The notes under the pieces were generated by a model. It saw nothing but the letters and a program-made list of their open reading frames with translations. It did not search any database and was not told the origin of the DNA. From Nitrospirota bacterium (lineage in GTDB: Bacteria; Nitrospirota; UBA9217): a stretch of 64,000 nucleotides of DNA. The position numbers were made by a program, and so were the translations under genes. Positions 41,929 to 52,179 of this stretch are shown here, one piece after another. Position 1 is the stretch's first letter, and each line of letters starts with the position of its first letter. The stretch spans positions 576,001 to 640,000 of the forward strand of contig CAWJQQ010000001.1 in the NCBI GenBank assembly GCA_963845065.1, read 5' to 3'.

Positions 41929-42645
41929 TCAGTGGAGTCTGCCACCTCCGTCCACGTCTAAGATGGCGCCAGTAGTAAAGTCATTGGAGAGCAGGTAAAG
42001 CGCGGCTTGTGCGAGCTCGTCCGGTTTGCCAACCCGACCTACTGGGAGGTTGCCTCCTATCTGTTTGAAGAACGCCGTCTTCTCTTCTGCAGACATCCAG
42101 TTGTATGCCGGGGTGCCCACCAAGCCAGGCGAGAGTATATTCACACGAATTGGAGCGAGTTCCTTTGCCAAAGTAATGGCCATACACATAATCGCTCCAT
42201 TTACGGCCGAAACACCTGAGGTTCCCGGAATTGCAGAGCGAGCCGCACCGCCGATGGTGAAGAGGATTGACCCTCCCTCGCGGATGAGCGGCGCTCCATA
42301 TTTGGCACACAGAAAATATCCCCGGAACTTCGTCTGAAATGCGCTCTCGATGGCGGGCAATTGAATATCGGATAGTTTGCCCCAAGCGGGCAGTCCTGCA
42401 CCCATCAATACAAGGTGATCGAAAGCACCCAGCGAGTTGAAAAATTCCCGCACCGCAACTTCTTTCGAGAAATCCAACTGCCGAGCCTCCGCATTTTCGC
42501 CGATTACATGGAGTGCCTCGTCCAGTTTGTCGCGCGAACGAGACGCGATTATGACTTGCGCGCCCTCCGCAGAGAGAAGCTTTGCGCTAGCTAAGCCTAT
42601 GCCCGAGCTGCCACCTATGACGACGACCCTGCGGTTTGTAAGCAT
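41929..42645 (-). CDS. Short-chain dehydrogenase/reductase
   Basis: GGSSGIG, LAKELAPIRVNILSPG, VDGG. Confidence 0.9.
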   Translation of the reverse strand: MLTNRRVVVIGGSSGIGLASAKLLSAEGAQVIIASRSRDKLDEALHVIGENAEARQLDFSKEVAVREFFNSLGAFDHLVLMGAGLPAWGKLSDIQLPAIESAFQTKFRGYFLCAKYGAPLIREGGSILFTIGGAARSAIPGTSGVSAVNGAIMCMAITLAKELAPIRVNILSPGLVGTPAYNWMSAEEKTAFFKQIGGNLPVGRVGKPDELAQAALYLLSNDFTTGAILDVDGGGRLH

Positions 42646-42719
42646 AGTTTTTCCTTTCAATGCCATCGGCCTTTGAGGGTTAACCAACAGCGTGGATATC
42701 GATTACGCTGGCTTGATTC

Positions 42720-42812
42720 GTGTAGACCCAGCATGGGCGTGAGTTTAAGGGGCGACAGTCCCTTGTACGAGAACCAATAGTATCAAAAGTACGAGCCAAA
42801 GGCAAGGGTGGA
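42720..42812 (+). mobile_element. Group IIC intron 5' end (domain I fragment)
   Basis: GTGTAGACCCAGCATGGGCG..AAGGGGCGACAGTCCCTT..GAGCCAAAGGCAAGGGTG matches IIC 5' architecture; follows a hairpin; no RT ORF. Confidence 0.65.
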
Positions 42813-42990
42813 CCAACGATTTTGAAGATTAGGAATTTTACGGTTAACGAATTCAGCTTGTAACGTTACGAGTTTATCATGGGCCAGTAAAAGTCTGAAG
42901 CAATAATAAATTAAGCTTCGACTTTCTTCTCGCACGCCGCTTCGACTTGTAAAGACTCATTCAGCGAAGGAGCTGGACCATGTGGTTTCT

Positions 42991-43614
42991 CTAAATCAGT
43001 GTAAACGCAATACGATTCCTATGAAACAATTTCTCTCGAAAACCAACCGTACAAGCGAGCCATAATACAGTACCACGACTCTGAAAATGAGGGTCTAATA
43101 TGATTTCGGTCACCGACAATATCCCACCGGGTTTGAGAGCATTAAATATCTCCTGCATCGCAGCCTCTTGATCTGGAACCTCACCTAATACTGTAACAAG
43201 CAAGGCTCGATCGAATTGACTGTGCTCCAGTTAGCCTTCAACCGCTCCAACATGAAAAAAAAGAACGTTAGTCAGGTTCTCTGCCTGCGCTTTTTTCTGG
43301 GCACGTCGAAGCATCCCCGGTTGGATATCTATCGATACCACTTCGCCTTGTTTGCCGACCGGTCTGGCGACCGGGATCGAAATCCGCCCTGGACCACAGC
43401 CGATATCCAATACTGCCATACCCGGTTGAAGATCCAAATGCTGGATAATAACATCCGATCTGTTGGTTTCAGTGAAAGAATTATCCAATTCAATAAGACA
43501 ACGCAACCACACTGGGCAGGGGAGTGAATTCCGACGGGAAGCGAACCGCCACACGAAAGCAACGAGAATAATGAGACCGACTAGGGTTAAACAGATGTAC
43601 AAGAATGTTATCAT
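42991..43614 (-). pseudogene. Class I SAM methyltransferase pseudogene
   Basis: VLDIGCGPG; in-frame TAA at 43231-43233, continues LVTVLGEVPD..LKPGGILS. Confidence 0.8.
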
Positions 43615-44823
43615 GTTTAGTTAAAGCATTTACGAATCACAATTTGGAAAGCTAGCGTATGGCCGAGAGGCAATGCCTCGTTATCGGCCTTCCCTTATGA
43701 TCCGTAAAAATACAATCTAATTTATGACAACTTCAAATTCTCTGATTTGTTATCACGAATTCAAGACTTATTCTGTAAATCCATACAGTTTAGAGAATGT
43801 GCGTAATTCATGAAGGAGCTTGCGACGCATGCTTCAACTGCGATTCAAGTAAGCCGCTCCGCGGCAGAAATGCAAAACTAAAATCCTTCGGCTACACCTG
43901 CCTCGCCTAATGTTCTCTTATTATTTTTCATGCTACCATACCTCTCCTATGCAGTTCAATCTTATTGCACAAGGAGAGTATGGCTATGGAAAACTGGTAC
44001 GAGAAGTCCAAAGAAGCCCTTCAACTGAGCGGTAAGGGCAATACAACGCAAGTAAGTTACACACGCGCAGTCCGATTGCTTATTAAGTATTTCGATAACA
44101 AATCCCCCGATCTCATAACCGAAGAAGAGCTTCAGGAATACTTCCTTCATTGTAGAAATGTCCGAAAGTGGGCGCCGAACACAATGCGTATCTGCTATGC
44201 CGGCATCCGCTTCTTCTTTGAGAACGTCCTTCGCCGTGACTGGCATATTCTGAGCGTCATCCGGGCGCAACGTGAACACCGACTTCCGACTGTGCTCACC
44301 ACCGAAGAAGTGCGCGCTACACTCGCCCACGTCACTTCTCCTGTCAACCACGCCTTTCTCACCACAGTCTATTCCTGCGGCCTTAGGCTCCAGGAAGCGC
44401 TGCACCTCGAAGTCACGGACATCGATAAACAACGTATGATGATCCACATCCACCGGGGGAAAGGTGCAAAGGACCGTTATGTTCCGCTTCCCCATGCGAC
44501 GTATGCGCTTTTGCGGAAGCATTGGACCACTCACAAAAACCCACGCTTACTTTTCCCCTCACGTGGCATATACAAGGATGGCTCGGTCATTCGGACCCCG
44601 GTTGCCGCCGGCACGGTGCAGGCGGCGCTTCGGAACGCAGTACACGCGGCGGGCATCCAGAAACGCGATGTCTCCATCCACACGCTTCGTCACTATGTCG
44701 AGTTCCGGACTATGCCGAGTAATATGAAGATATCCCCTGTAAATCATCATTTTTAATCTTTTTACTCGGCATAGTTTATGGTATTTCCTCCCTATATCGC
44801 TATGAAACAAAAAGGAGGATGCC

Positions 44824-46062
44824 ATGGTACATCAGTTCTTTACGTTTATCGGAACACAGGAGCGCATGCATGAAGGACCGTTGGGGTGCTATGTGGATGA
44901 CTTTGCGGTTCTCTTGCATGAGCAGGGTTATTCACGCCAATTTGCAGCTTGTCAGATTCGATGGGTGGCTGACTTCAGCCGCTGGCTTTACAAACAAGGT
45001 TTGTCCGCGGCGGATCTAAGCCAACAAAGCGTCTCTTGCTATCTACGATATCGGAAAAGTCGGATGCGTATCCGCGGAGGTGTTCAATCTACACTGGATC
45101 GATTATTGAACCTGCTGCGCGAAAAAGGAATCAGTAGACAAAAATCCTTCAATATTGTCAAAAACGCTCGTCAGGAGGAAGAAGAGCGATACAAAAATTA
45201 TCTACTCAGCGAGCGCGGACTTTCGCCCCAAACACTTCCTAATTACCTTGGCTTTATTCGACAGTTTCTCCAGGAACGTTTTGGGGAAGGAACCCTCCGA
45301 CTCTCCCACCTGCGTGCTGAAGATATCACCGAGTATGTACAACGTCATGCCCACTCTCTCAGTCCAAGTCGGAATCAACTTCTTACAACGGCTTTACGTT
45401 CCTTCTTGAGGTATCTTCGCCACCAGGGGGACATCGAAGCGGACCTCGCGGCTTGTGTACCAGCCGTGGCAAGCTGGAAACTGTCGAGCCTGCCCAAGTT
45501 CATAGAACCATACCAAGTCCAACGTGTCTTGGATTGTTGTGATCGGCGGACTTTCCAAGGACGGCGCAATTACGCTATCTTGCTTTTGCTTGCCCGACTT
45601 GGTCTTCGAGCTGGCGAAGTAGTGGTCTTAACCTTGGATGATATCCGATGGGAATCCAGCGAACTCATCCTCCATGGTAAGGGGAGACGCATTACCAAAT
45701 TGCCCCTTACCCAAGAAGTGGGCCAAGCCATCGCTGATTATCTGAAAAACGGACGGCCACCATGTTCGACCCGGCGGCTGTTTATCCGCAATCATGCCCC
45801 TCATAGCGGATTTGCCAGTTCTATGGCGATTTCCAGCCTTGTCCAGCGCGCTCTCAAGCAGGCCGGTTTGAACCCACCTCACAAAGGTGCCCACCTATTT
45901 CGTCACAGCTTGGCCACGCATATGCTTCGTCATGGCGCCTCGTTAAGCGAAATTGGCCAGCTCTTGCGTCATCGCCAAATCAACACCACCGCCATCTATG
46001 CCAAAGTCGACCAAATCGCCTTGAAAAGCCTCGCTCGGCCCTGGCCGGGAGGAGCCCTATGA
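44824..46062 (+). CDS. RIT tyrosine recombinase A
   Basis: LARLGLRAGEV, HLFRHSLAT, LLRH..TAIYAKVD. Confidence 0.92.
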   Translation: MVHQFFTFIGTQERMHEGPLGCYVDDFAVLLHEQGYSRQFAACQIRWVADFSRWLYKQGLSAADLSQQSVSCYLRYRKSRMRIRGGVQSTLDRLLNLLREKGISRQKSFNIVKNARQEEEERYKNYLLSERGLSPQTLPNYLGFIRQFLQERFGEGTLRLSHLRAEDITEYVQRHAHSLSPSRNQLLTTALRSFLRYLRHQGDIEADLAACVPAVASWKLSSLPKFIEPYQVQRVLDCCDRRTFQGRRNYAILLLLARLGLRAGEVVVLTLDDIRWESSELILHGKGRRITKLPLTQEVGQAIADYLKNGRPPCSTRRLFIRNHAPHSGFASSMAISSLVQRALKQAGLNPPHKGAHLFRHSLATHMLRHGASLSEIGQLLRHRQINTTAIYAKVDQIALKSLARPWPGGAL

Positions 46063-46988
46063 TCACCATTAGAAAAGCCGTCGAGAACTATTTGGCGATG
46101 CGTCGAGCCTTGGGATTTAAGTTGGTGGATCAAGGCGCTGTTCTGTGCCAATTTGTTGTCTTTCTGGAAAAGGAAAAGGCCCCCTTTATCACCACTGCCT
46201 TGGCTCTACGTTGGGCGACACAGCCCTTCGGTGTCGAACCAGCCTGGTGGGCCAACCGCCTCAGTTTCATTCGTGGCTTCGCACGCTACTGGAGCGCCAC
46301 TGATCCCCGTACCGAAATCCCACCGATGGGGCTTCTGCCTTTCCGCAACAAGCGTGCGGTGCCATACCTCTATACAGATGAGGAAATCAAAAGATTGTTG
46401 GAAGCCGCCAGGTATTTGCCCCCATTCACTGCCCTACGGCGTTGGACCTTTCCCACACTCTTCGGACTTTTGGCAGTGACGGGCATGAGAGTTAGCGAAG
46501 CCATAACTCTCCAACGTGACGATGTTGATTTAAGCGCAGGCCTCTTAACCATACGCCTCACCAAGTTCAATAAATCACGTTTGGTCCCGATACACCCCTC
46601 CACCTGCGAAGCGCTCAGGCAATATGCCCGCCATCGCGATCGCATCTACACGCCGCGAGCCGGATCTCCCTTCTTTATGTCACACAAGGGAACAGCGCTG
46701 ACAGATTGCAACGTCCGCTGGACTTTCGTCAAACTTTCTCGCCAAATCGGCCTACGGAAGCCATCCGATCGCTTCGGGCCTCGATTGCACGATTTTCGCC
46801 ACCGCTTCGCCATTAAGACGCTCATTGATTGGTACCGCTCTGGCGTAGATGTCGAGCGACGCCTCCCAGTACTTTCCACCTTTCTAGGGCATGCTCACGT
46901 CACGGACACCTATTGGTACTTGTCATCTGTCCCTGAGTTATTGGCCTTGACCGTTTCTCGACTTGAAAAAAGATGGGAGGACTTATGA
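46059..46988 (+). CDS. RIT tyrosine recombinase B
   Basis: TGMRVSE, TKFNKSR, HDFRHRFA, LGH..TYWYL. Confidence 0.92.
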   Translation: MITIRKAVENYLAMRRALGFKLVDQGAVLCQFVVFLEKEKAPFITTALALRWATQPFGVEPAWWANRLSFIRGFARYWSATDPRTEIPPMGLLPFRNKRAVPYLYTDEEIKRLLEAARYLPPFTALRRWTFPTLFGLLAVTGMRVSEAITLQRDDVDLSAGLLTIRLTKFNKSRLVPIHPSTCEALRQYARHRDRIYTPRAGSPFFMSHKGTALTDCNVRWTFVKLSRQIGLRKPSDRFGPRLHDFRHRFAIKTLIDWYRSGVDVERRLPVLSTFLGHAHVTDTYWYLSSVPELLALTVSRLEKRWEDL

Positions 46989-47986
46989 AAACAACAACCG
47001 TTCCTTTGGCGGCTTTGCTTCAAAGTTTTTTCACGGATCGACTCCTGGCTCAGCGACAGGCTAGTCCCCATACGATTGCATCGTATCGCGACACATTTCG
47101 TCTGCTCCTGCAGTTTGCATACCTTCGCCTTAAAATTCCACCTTCGCGTTTAACTCTGGAAAAACTGGATGCTCCCTTCATCGGCACTTTCCTCGATCAT
47201 TTAGAGAAAGACCGTAATAACGCTGTGCTAAGCCGCAACCTGCGCCTGACGGCAATCCACTCCTTCTTCCGATACGCCGCCTTTCAAGAACCCGACCGAT
47301 CCGCTCATATCCAACGTGTTTTGGCCATTCCCGCCAAACGACATGACCGCACTCTAGTCGGTTTTCTGACCCGTCCCGAAATCGAGGCGCTTCTTTCCGC
47401 GCCAGATCCCATTACATGGGGAGGACGTCGCGACCATGCCCTCTTGACTCTGGCCATCCAGAGCGGCCTGCGTCTATCCGAGCTCATTCATCTCCGTTAT
47501 GAGAATATCATGTTAGGCGCAGGAGCTCACGTACGCTGCCACGGCAAGGGGCGTAAGGAGCGCTGTACGCCATTGACCAAACAAATGGCAGCAGTGCTGC
47601 AAGCCTGGATGAAAACGCAAGAAGTATCCGCTAATGACATTCTCTTCCCCAACGCCCGCGGTGGTCCTCTGAGTCCGGATGGCGTTCGGTACTTACTGAC
47701 GCAACATGTCCGAACCGCTGAGCAAACTTGTCCATCCCTAAAAACGAAACAAGTGACCCCTCATGTCCTGCGTCACACCTGTGCCATGGAATTGCTCCAA
47801 GCCGGAATCGATCTTTCGGTAATAGCTCTCTGGTTGGGCCACGAATCCATCGAAACTACACAGATCTACTTGGAAGCTAATATGGCAATCAAAGAGAAAG
47901 TTCTCGCACAGATCACACCGCTAAATGTGAAAGCGGCTCGCTACCGACCAGAAGATAAGCTCCTACATTTCCTTCAAGCTCTTTAG
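46985..47986 (+). CDS. RIT tyrosine recombinase C
   Basis: SGLRLSE, GKGRKER, PHVLRH, WLGHES..TTQIY. Confidence 0.92.
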   Translation: MKTTTVPLAALLQSFFTDRLLAQRQASPHTIASYRDTFRLLLQFAYLRLKIPPSRLTLEKLDAPFIGTFLDHLEKDRNNAVLSRNLRLTAIHSFFRYAAFQEPDRSAHIQRVLAIPAKRHDRTLVGFLTRPEIEALLSAPDPITWGGRRDHALLTLAIQSGLRLSELIHLRYENIMLGAGAHVRCHGKGRKERCTPLTKQMAAVLQAWMKTQEVSANDILFPNARGGPLSPDGVRYLLTQHVRTAEQTCPSLKTKQVTPHVLRHTCAMELLQAGIDLSVIALWLGHESIETTQIYLEANMAIKEKVLAQITPLNVKAARYRPEDKLLHFLQAL

Positions 47987-48274
47987 TCTACCGGACTATG
48001 CCGAGTAAAAAGATTAAAAATGATGATTTACAGGGGATATCTTCATGTTACTCGGCATAGTCCGGAACTCGACATAGTGGCGACTATGCCGAGATCGGCA
48101 TAGTCGCCACGCCTACGCAACGCACTTGCTTGAAGCTGGCGTGAATCTCCGCGTTATCCAGCGGTATATGGGCCACTCCAGCCTTGAGTCCACGATGATC
48201 TATCTCCATCTGACGACCAAGGGTCAGGATGACGCCTTCAAACTCATCGACCAGATCATGGTGGGGTTGTAATC

Positions 48275-49369
48275 ATGGATACGGTCAATGACATCTTCCG
48301 CACCTATGCCCCGGAGTACCTGTCGCGGTTTGGTGACGCTATCCCTGGGGAACATCGTAAGGCGATAGATCGCGATTATTAACTGCCGCACCCCAGCCTC
48401 TGGGACGACCTTCTTCCAGTGCGAAACGTGCGGGGAGCGCCACGCGATTCACCTCTCCTGCGGCAATCGCCACTGCCCTACCTGTCAGCACCACAAGACA
48501 GGCAGTGGCTCGAAAAACAGCTTGATCGACGTATGCCGGGACATCACTTCATGATCACGTTCACGGTGCCCGAGCAGATTCGCCGGTTCATCAGGAGCAA
48601 TCAACGGGCAGCTTACGCTGCCTTGTTTTCCGCTTCTTCCGAAGCTATGAAAAAGCTCGTTCTCGATCCCAAATTCATGGGCGGTGATCTGCCGGGCTTC
48701 TTCGGGGTCCTGCATACCTGGGGCAGAACCTTAGAGTATCACCCCCATGTCCACTACATCGTCGTCGGTGGGGCGCTCTCATCCGAAAATAAAACATGGA
48801 AACCATCGGGGATCAGGTTTTACGTGCCGGTCGAAGCCGTGTCTCCCATCTTCCGGGCAAAGTTTAAAGACGAGATGAAGAGAACGGGTCTTTTTGATCA
48901 AATCCCCGAAGAGGTATGGCGGATCGACTGGAACGTGAACTCCAAGGCCGTGGGTGACAGCGAAGGGAGTCTCAAGTACCTTGCGCCGTATGTCTTTCGG
49001 GTTGCTTTGTCCAACAGCAGGATCGTGAAAGTCGAGTATCGCCAAGTCTTCATTCGTTACAAAAAGACTGGGAGCAATCGCTGGAGGATGCTGGTCCTGG
49101 ACGTGATGGAGTTTATGCGCCGTTTCCTCCAGCACGTGCTGCCGACGGGGTTCATGAAGGTGCGGTATTACGGCTTTCTGAACGCCGCATGCAAGGTCCC
49201 GCTTGAAAACATCAGGACGCTGATTGAACTAGCTTACGGATTCGAGGTAACTATGTCCGAGATAAAACAGATGCCACCATTGCCCCGGCCAACATGTAGG
49301 AGCTGCGGCGGATCGCTCAAAGTCCTTTATATCTCTCTGCCGTATCAGCACTTGGCACGCGCCGGGTAG
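48275..49369 (+). pseudogene. IS91-family (Y2 HUH) transposase with two compensating frameshifts
   Basis: Zn domain CETC..SCGNRHCPTC out of frame; HTWG..HPHVH, YLAPY, RRFLQHVLP. Confidence 0.88.
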
Positions 49370-49842
49370 CATTCTACGACTCTGCTTCAACACGTGTCTT
49401 TCGTGTGTAGTCCCGCAGGCATCAACTGCGTGGTCAACGCTCTCGTTCGGCCGTTTTCGTGGATAAGGTGTTCACTCCTGAATACGCGAATCAGAAGAAA
49501 CACGCTGGCATCACGATACTTAGATTAAGATAGTCTGTAGAACCTCATAATATATCACTTCATGCTTTCACCGAAAACCACTCATCGAAGCATTACCCTA
49601 TATATAGAGAACATCGGCCATCATCCTGCCGCTCCGGGCTTCTTGAATAATGGATTGAGTACGACGTGAAGATGTCGTCTCAATCCTTATTGATTCTACA
49701 CATCTTCTAATATTATGTATATCTCATCACCACCTATGAGCTTGGAACGGCGCTTGATAAAAAAGGCCAAGGAATACAACTTTATATCTGCATCAAGGCT
49801 TGAATTAACGGGTGTTGCGATTTATTCGCTGTCACGGTCGGA

Positions 49843-50481
49843 TCATTTATTAGGCAAGAATTCAATTTTACGGGCATTATTTTCAGGATATGGGTATTCC
49901 ATATGTTTGGCTGTGGCTCGCGCGATGTCCTCGCCCCAATAGCGAGCGACAACCTTGAGTGCCATGTCAATGCCGGCAGAAATGCCCGCAGAGGTAAGCA
50001 CGCGGCCGTCCTCGACGAAGTGCTTATCATACTCAACCGTTACCGATGGAAACGACTCATGCATCCAATCAAGCGAGCGCCAATGAGTGGTAGCGTGGAG
50101 TCCATTGAGCAACCCGGCGTATCCCAACAGCATCGATCCCGTGCAAACAGAGGTCAGCGTTTCAACTTCCGCAGCACGAGTACGCAACCAGTTAAGCATG
50201 AGCGGGTTGTTCAGTTCTTTGCGCGTGCCCCAACCACCAGGGACAACAAGAATATCAAACTGGGGACAGTTCTCAAAGGTGTGGTGCGGAATAACTTTCA
50301 TGCCTCCCATCGTAATGACCGGTTCGTTTCTCTCTGTGACTAACAGCACTTCAAATGGCGATGGCTCTTCGCGCCTCCTTTCCTCATTGAGGCGAGTTGC
50401 AGAAAAAACCTCAAACGGACCGCAAAAATCGAGGACGTCGATGTTGTCAAAAAGGACGATGCCGACACGTTTCCTCTGCAT
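49843..50481 (-). CDS. DJ-1/PfpI family protein
   Basis: LDFCGPFEVF, VPGG, SVCTG, TSAGISAGIDM. Confidence 0.9.
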   Translation of the reverse strand: MQRKRVGIVLFDNIDVLDFCGPFEVFSATRLNEERRREEPSPFEVLLVTERNEPVITMGGMKVIPHHTFENCPQFDILVVPGGWGTRKELNNPLMLNWLRTRAAEVETLTSVCTGSMLLGYAGLLNGLHATTHWRSLDWMHESFPSVTVEYDKHFVEDGRVLTSAGISAGIDMALKVVARYWGEDIARATAKHMEYPYPENNARKIEFLPNK

Positions 50482-50499
50482 TTTTTTACCTTTCATTGA

Positions 50500-50573
50500 G
50501 TTTAGCACGGAGCTAATTTGCGAGCTACGTGGCGCGAAGCGCTGCCGTAGTTAGATTAAACAATGGGTTATTT
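50500..50573 (-). other. Degenerate attC-like site
   Basis: AAATAAC..TTTAATC..CTACG-GCAGCGCTTCGCGCCA-CGTAG..TTAGCTCCGT-GCTAAAC directly before the RBS and ATG of the DJ-1 gene. Confidence 0.5.
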
Positions 50574-50794
50574 GTCCTCCGTTTTCGCTGCGTTTCGAGG
50601 TGGTCATTCAAACGATACAACATATCAGTCATGTCATTGTAGAAATGATGAAAGGTCAATAGCGCACTACTAAGTGCACTCAACCCGCTTGCAAATGCTG
50701 ACGTGTGCTGATAGTAGGTTCTTGATGAACATGCTGATCATGCATTCGGTAACCCTTTATAGGGAGGACTTGATTTTCAGCAGGTAAATTGCTA

Positions 50795-51349
50795 CTAAGG
50801 TATTTGGATAAGCTTTAATGCCACGCCGATAAGTGCGGCCTGTTCTTTGCTCATTTCGCCCAAGCTATCACGTCGTTCTGTCATGCGTCGGAAACGAGTG
50901 AAGTCTGTCGGCAAACCTTCTGTATCCACAAGATAAGCAATTTTTTGGATGATAACTCTGATGTCTTCTGGATGTTTTATCCGGCCTTTTATCTTGGGGA
51001 AATATTTTACCTTCATCCGACCTCTGGCGCTATCGAATTCGACATCTGTCACTCGGTGCATTGCGAGAATAATATAATCACCAAGCGAATGCCAAAAGAT
51101 TTCGTCATGATCTTTCCAAGACGGAAGGTAAAAGCGCAATAAGGCAGGCTGTTTTTTTCCGTTTGGCATTATGCTCTTATAAAGAACGACTGGAAAATTA
51201 TCTACCTCTTTATTATCGATCTTTTCAAGCTTTTCAAACAAATTGACTCTTTGCTGCTTACGAAAAAGTTTATCGATCTGATCTAAAACGCTGCCCTGTC
51301 CAAGACCATCCTGGACTTTCTCGATTACCGTTGTTAATGTGTTTACCAT
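50795..51349 (-). CDS. Hypothetical protein
   Basis: 184-aa ORF with AAGGAG RBS. Confidence 0.6.
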   Translation of the reverse strand: MVNTLTTVIEKVQDGLGQGSVLDQIDKLFRKQQRVNLFEKLEKIDNKEVDNFPVVLYKSIMPNGKKQPALLRFYLPSWKDHDEIFWHSLGDYIILAMHRVTDVEFDSARGRMKVKYFPKIKGRIKHPEDIRVIIQKIAYLVDTEGLPTDFTRFRRMTERRDSLGEMSKEQAALIGVALKLIQIP

Positions 51350-51809
51350 TGTTAAACTCCTTAATATTATTATTAAATGTGAAATAAGCTGCAAAGTTGT
51401 CAGATGGAGAGCTTTGTTAGTACGGCTTGAGACTTCCCTCCATGCAGCCTTTGCGCCATAAATAATTCATTTGACCGCAAGCTTTAACTTTCGTTGCAGC
51501 TATCTCAATTGCTACTTTCTAGTTCCAAGAAGCCACTGGAAGGCCTTTCTTACTATTTTATCATAAGCGAATGTAATAGTAGTGCAGCAGTCATTAAATC
51601 CCTATCTGGAAGTCACTTGGAATTGTGACAATATATTTTCAATTTGATTGTCGGTTTCAGGAAGATATAACTACTGAGGTTTCAACTTATAAATTAATGT
51701 GTTTCAAAGGATGATACTATAAACATGTCCAGGAAGAAGTCAAACCGATAAACATGCGTAAATCAATTTGCCCCCAGAATAAATATAAGCCACACAAGTT
51801 GACTCTATT

Positions 51810-52170
51810 GTTTACAAATCATCTGTATCCCCCATTAGCCCGATTATGCATACCAGGTAGCCCACCTCCAGGGAAGAGCCATTGTCCGCACACATATGAA
51901 AATTCTTGAGCCCGGGTAATGTCATATTAAGGTTCTTTGTGTTTTTATTTCGTTGGCATTATGCCTTTGTAAGCACCTTTCCAGATTCCGGAATGGCGTA
52001 CATCTGTTTTGGGTGTGGCAATGTCGAACAACTCAATGTGCGCTTTTATTCCATGCAGATGTTTTCCCATAACTGTAAAATAATCTTACACAATTTGCTT
52101 ATTTTTACGTCCAACACGCTTCTCCTTCCAAAGCCCTCCAAAGTTCCCGCGAACTTTCATAGGCAAAATG
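51810..52170 (-). pseudogene. Decayed 3' fragment of a paralog of the 39474-40961 oxidoreductase
   Basis: CCTCCAGGGAAGAGCCATTGTCCGCACA and TACATCTGTTTTGGGTGTGGCAATGTCGAACA shared with 39500-39870. Confidence 0.85.
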
Positions 52171-52179
52171 CCGAGATGA

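Larger units (their letters stand above)
44691..48110 (+). mobile_element. RIT element (recombinase in trio)
   Basis: Three overlapping tyrosine recombinases; 85-bp terminal IRs 44691-44775 / 47995-48079 with one mismatch; terminal palindrome 48077-48110. Confidence 0.93.
43980..48272 (+). pseudogene. Tyrosine recombinase split by RIT (43980-44693 + 48111-48272)
   Basis: YSCGLR, GKGAKDR, HTLRH | AYATHLLEAGVNLRVIQRYMGHSSLESTMIY. Confidence 0.9.
43842..49696 (+). mobile_element. Tyrosine recombinase + IS91-type transposase element, copy 1 (interrupted by RIT)
   Basis: Ends shared with other copies (TCAAGTAAGCCGCTCCGCGGCAG; CCCTATATATAG..CTTGAA..hairpin); GATTC repeated at both junctions. Confidence 0.8.

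Noticed and set aside
44691..44775. ACTATGCCGAG repeats as a CRISPR array
   Set aside because: They are inverted and direct boxes within the RIT terminal repeats; no spacers and no cas genes
43980..48272. Calling the split recombinase an integron integrase (intI)
   Set aside because: Too short between the GKGAKDR and HTLRH motifs to hold the IntI-specific insertion
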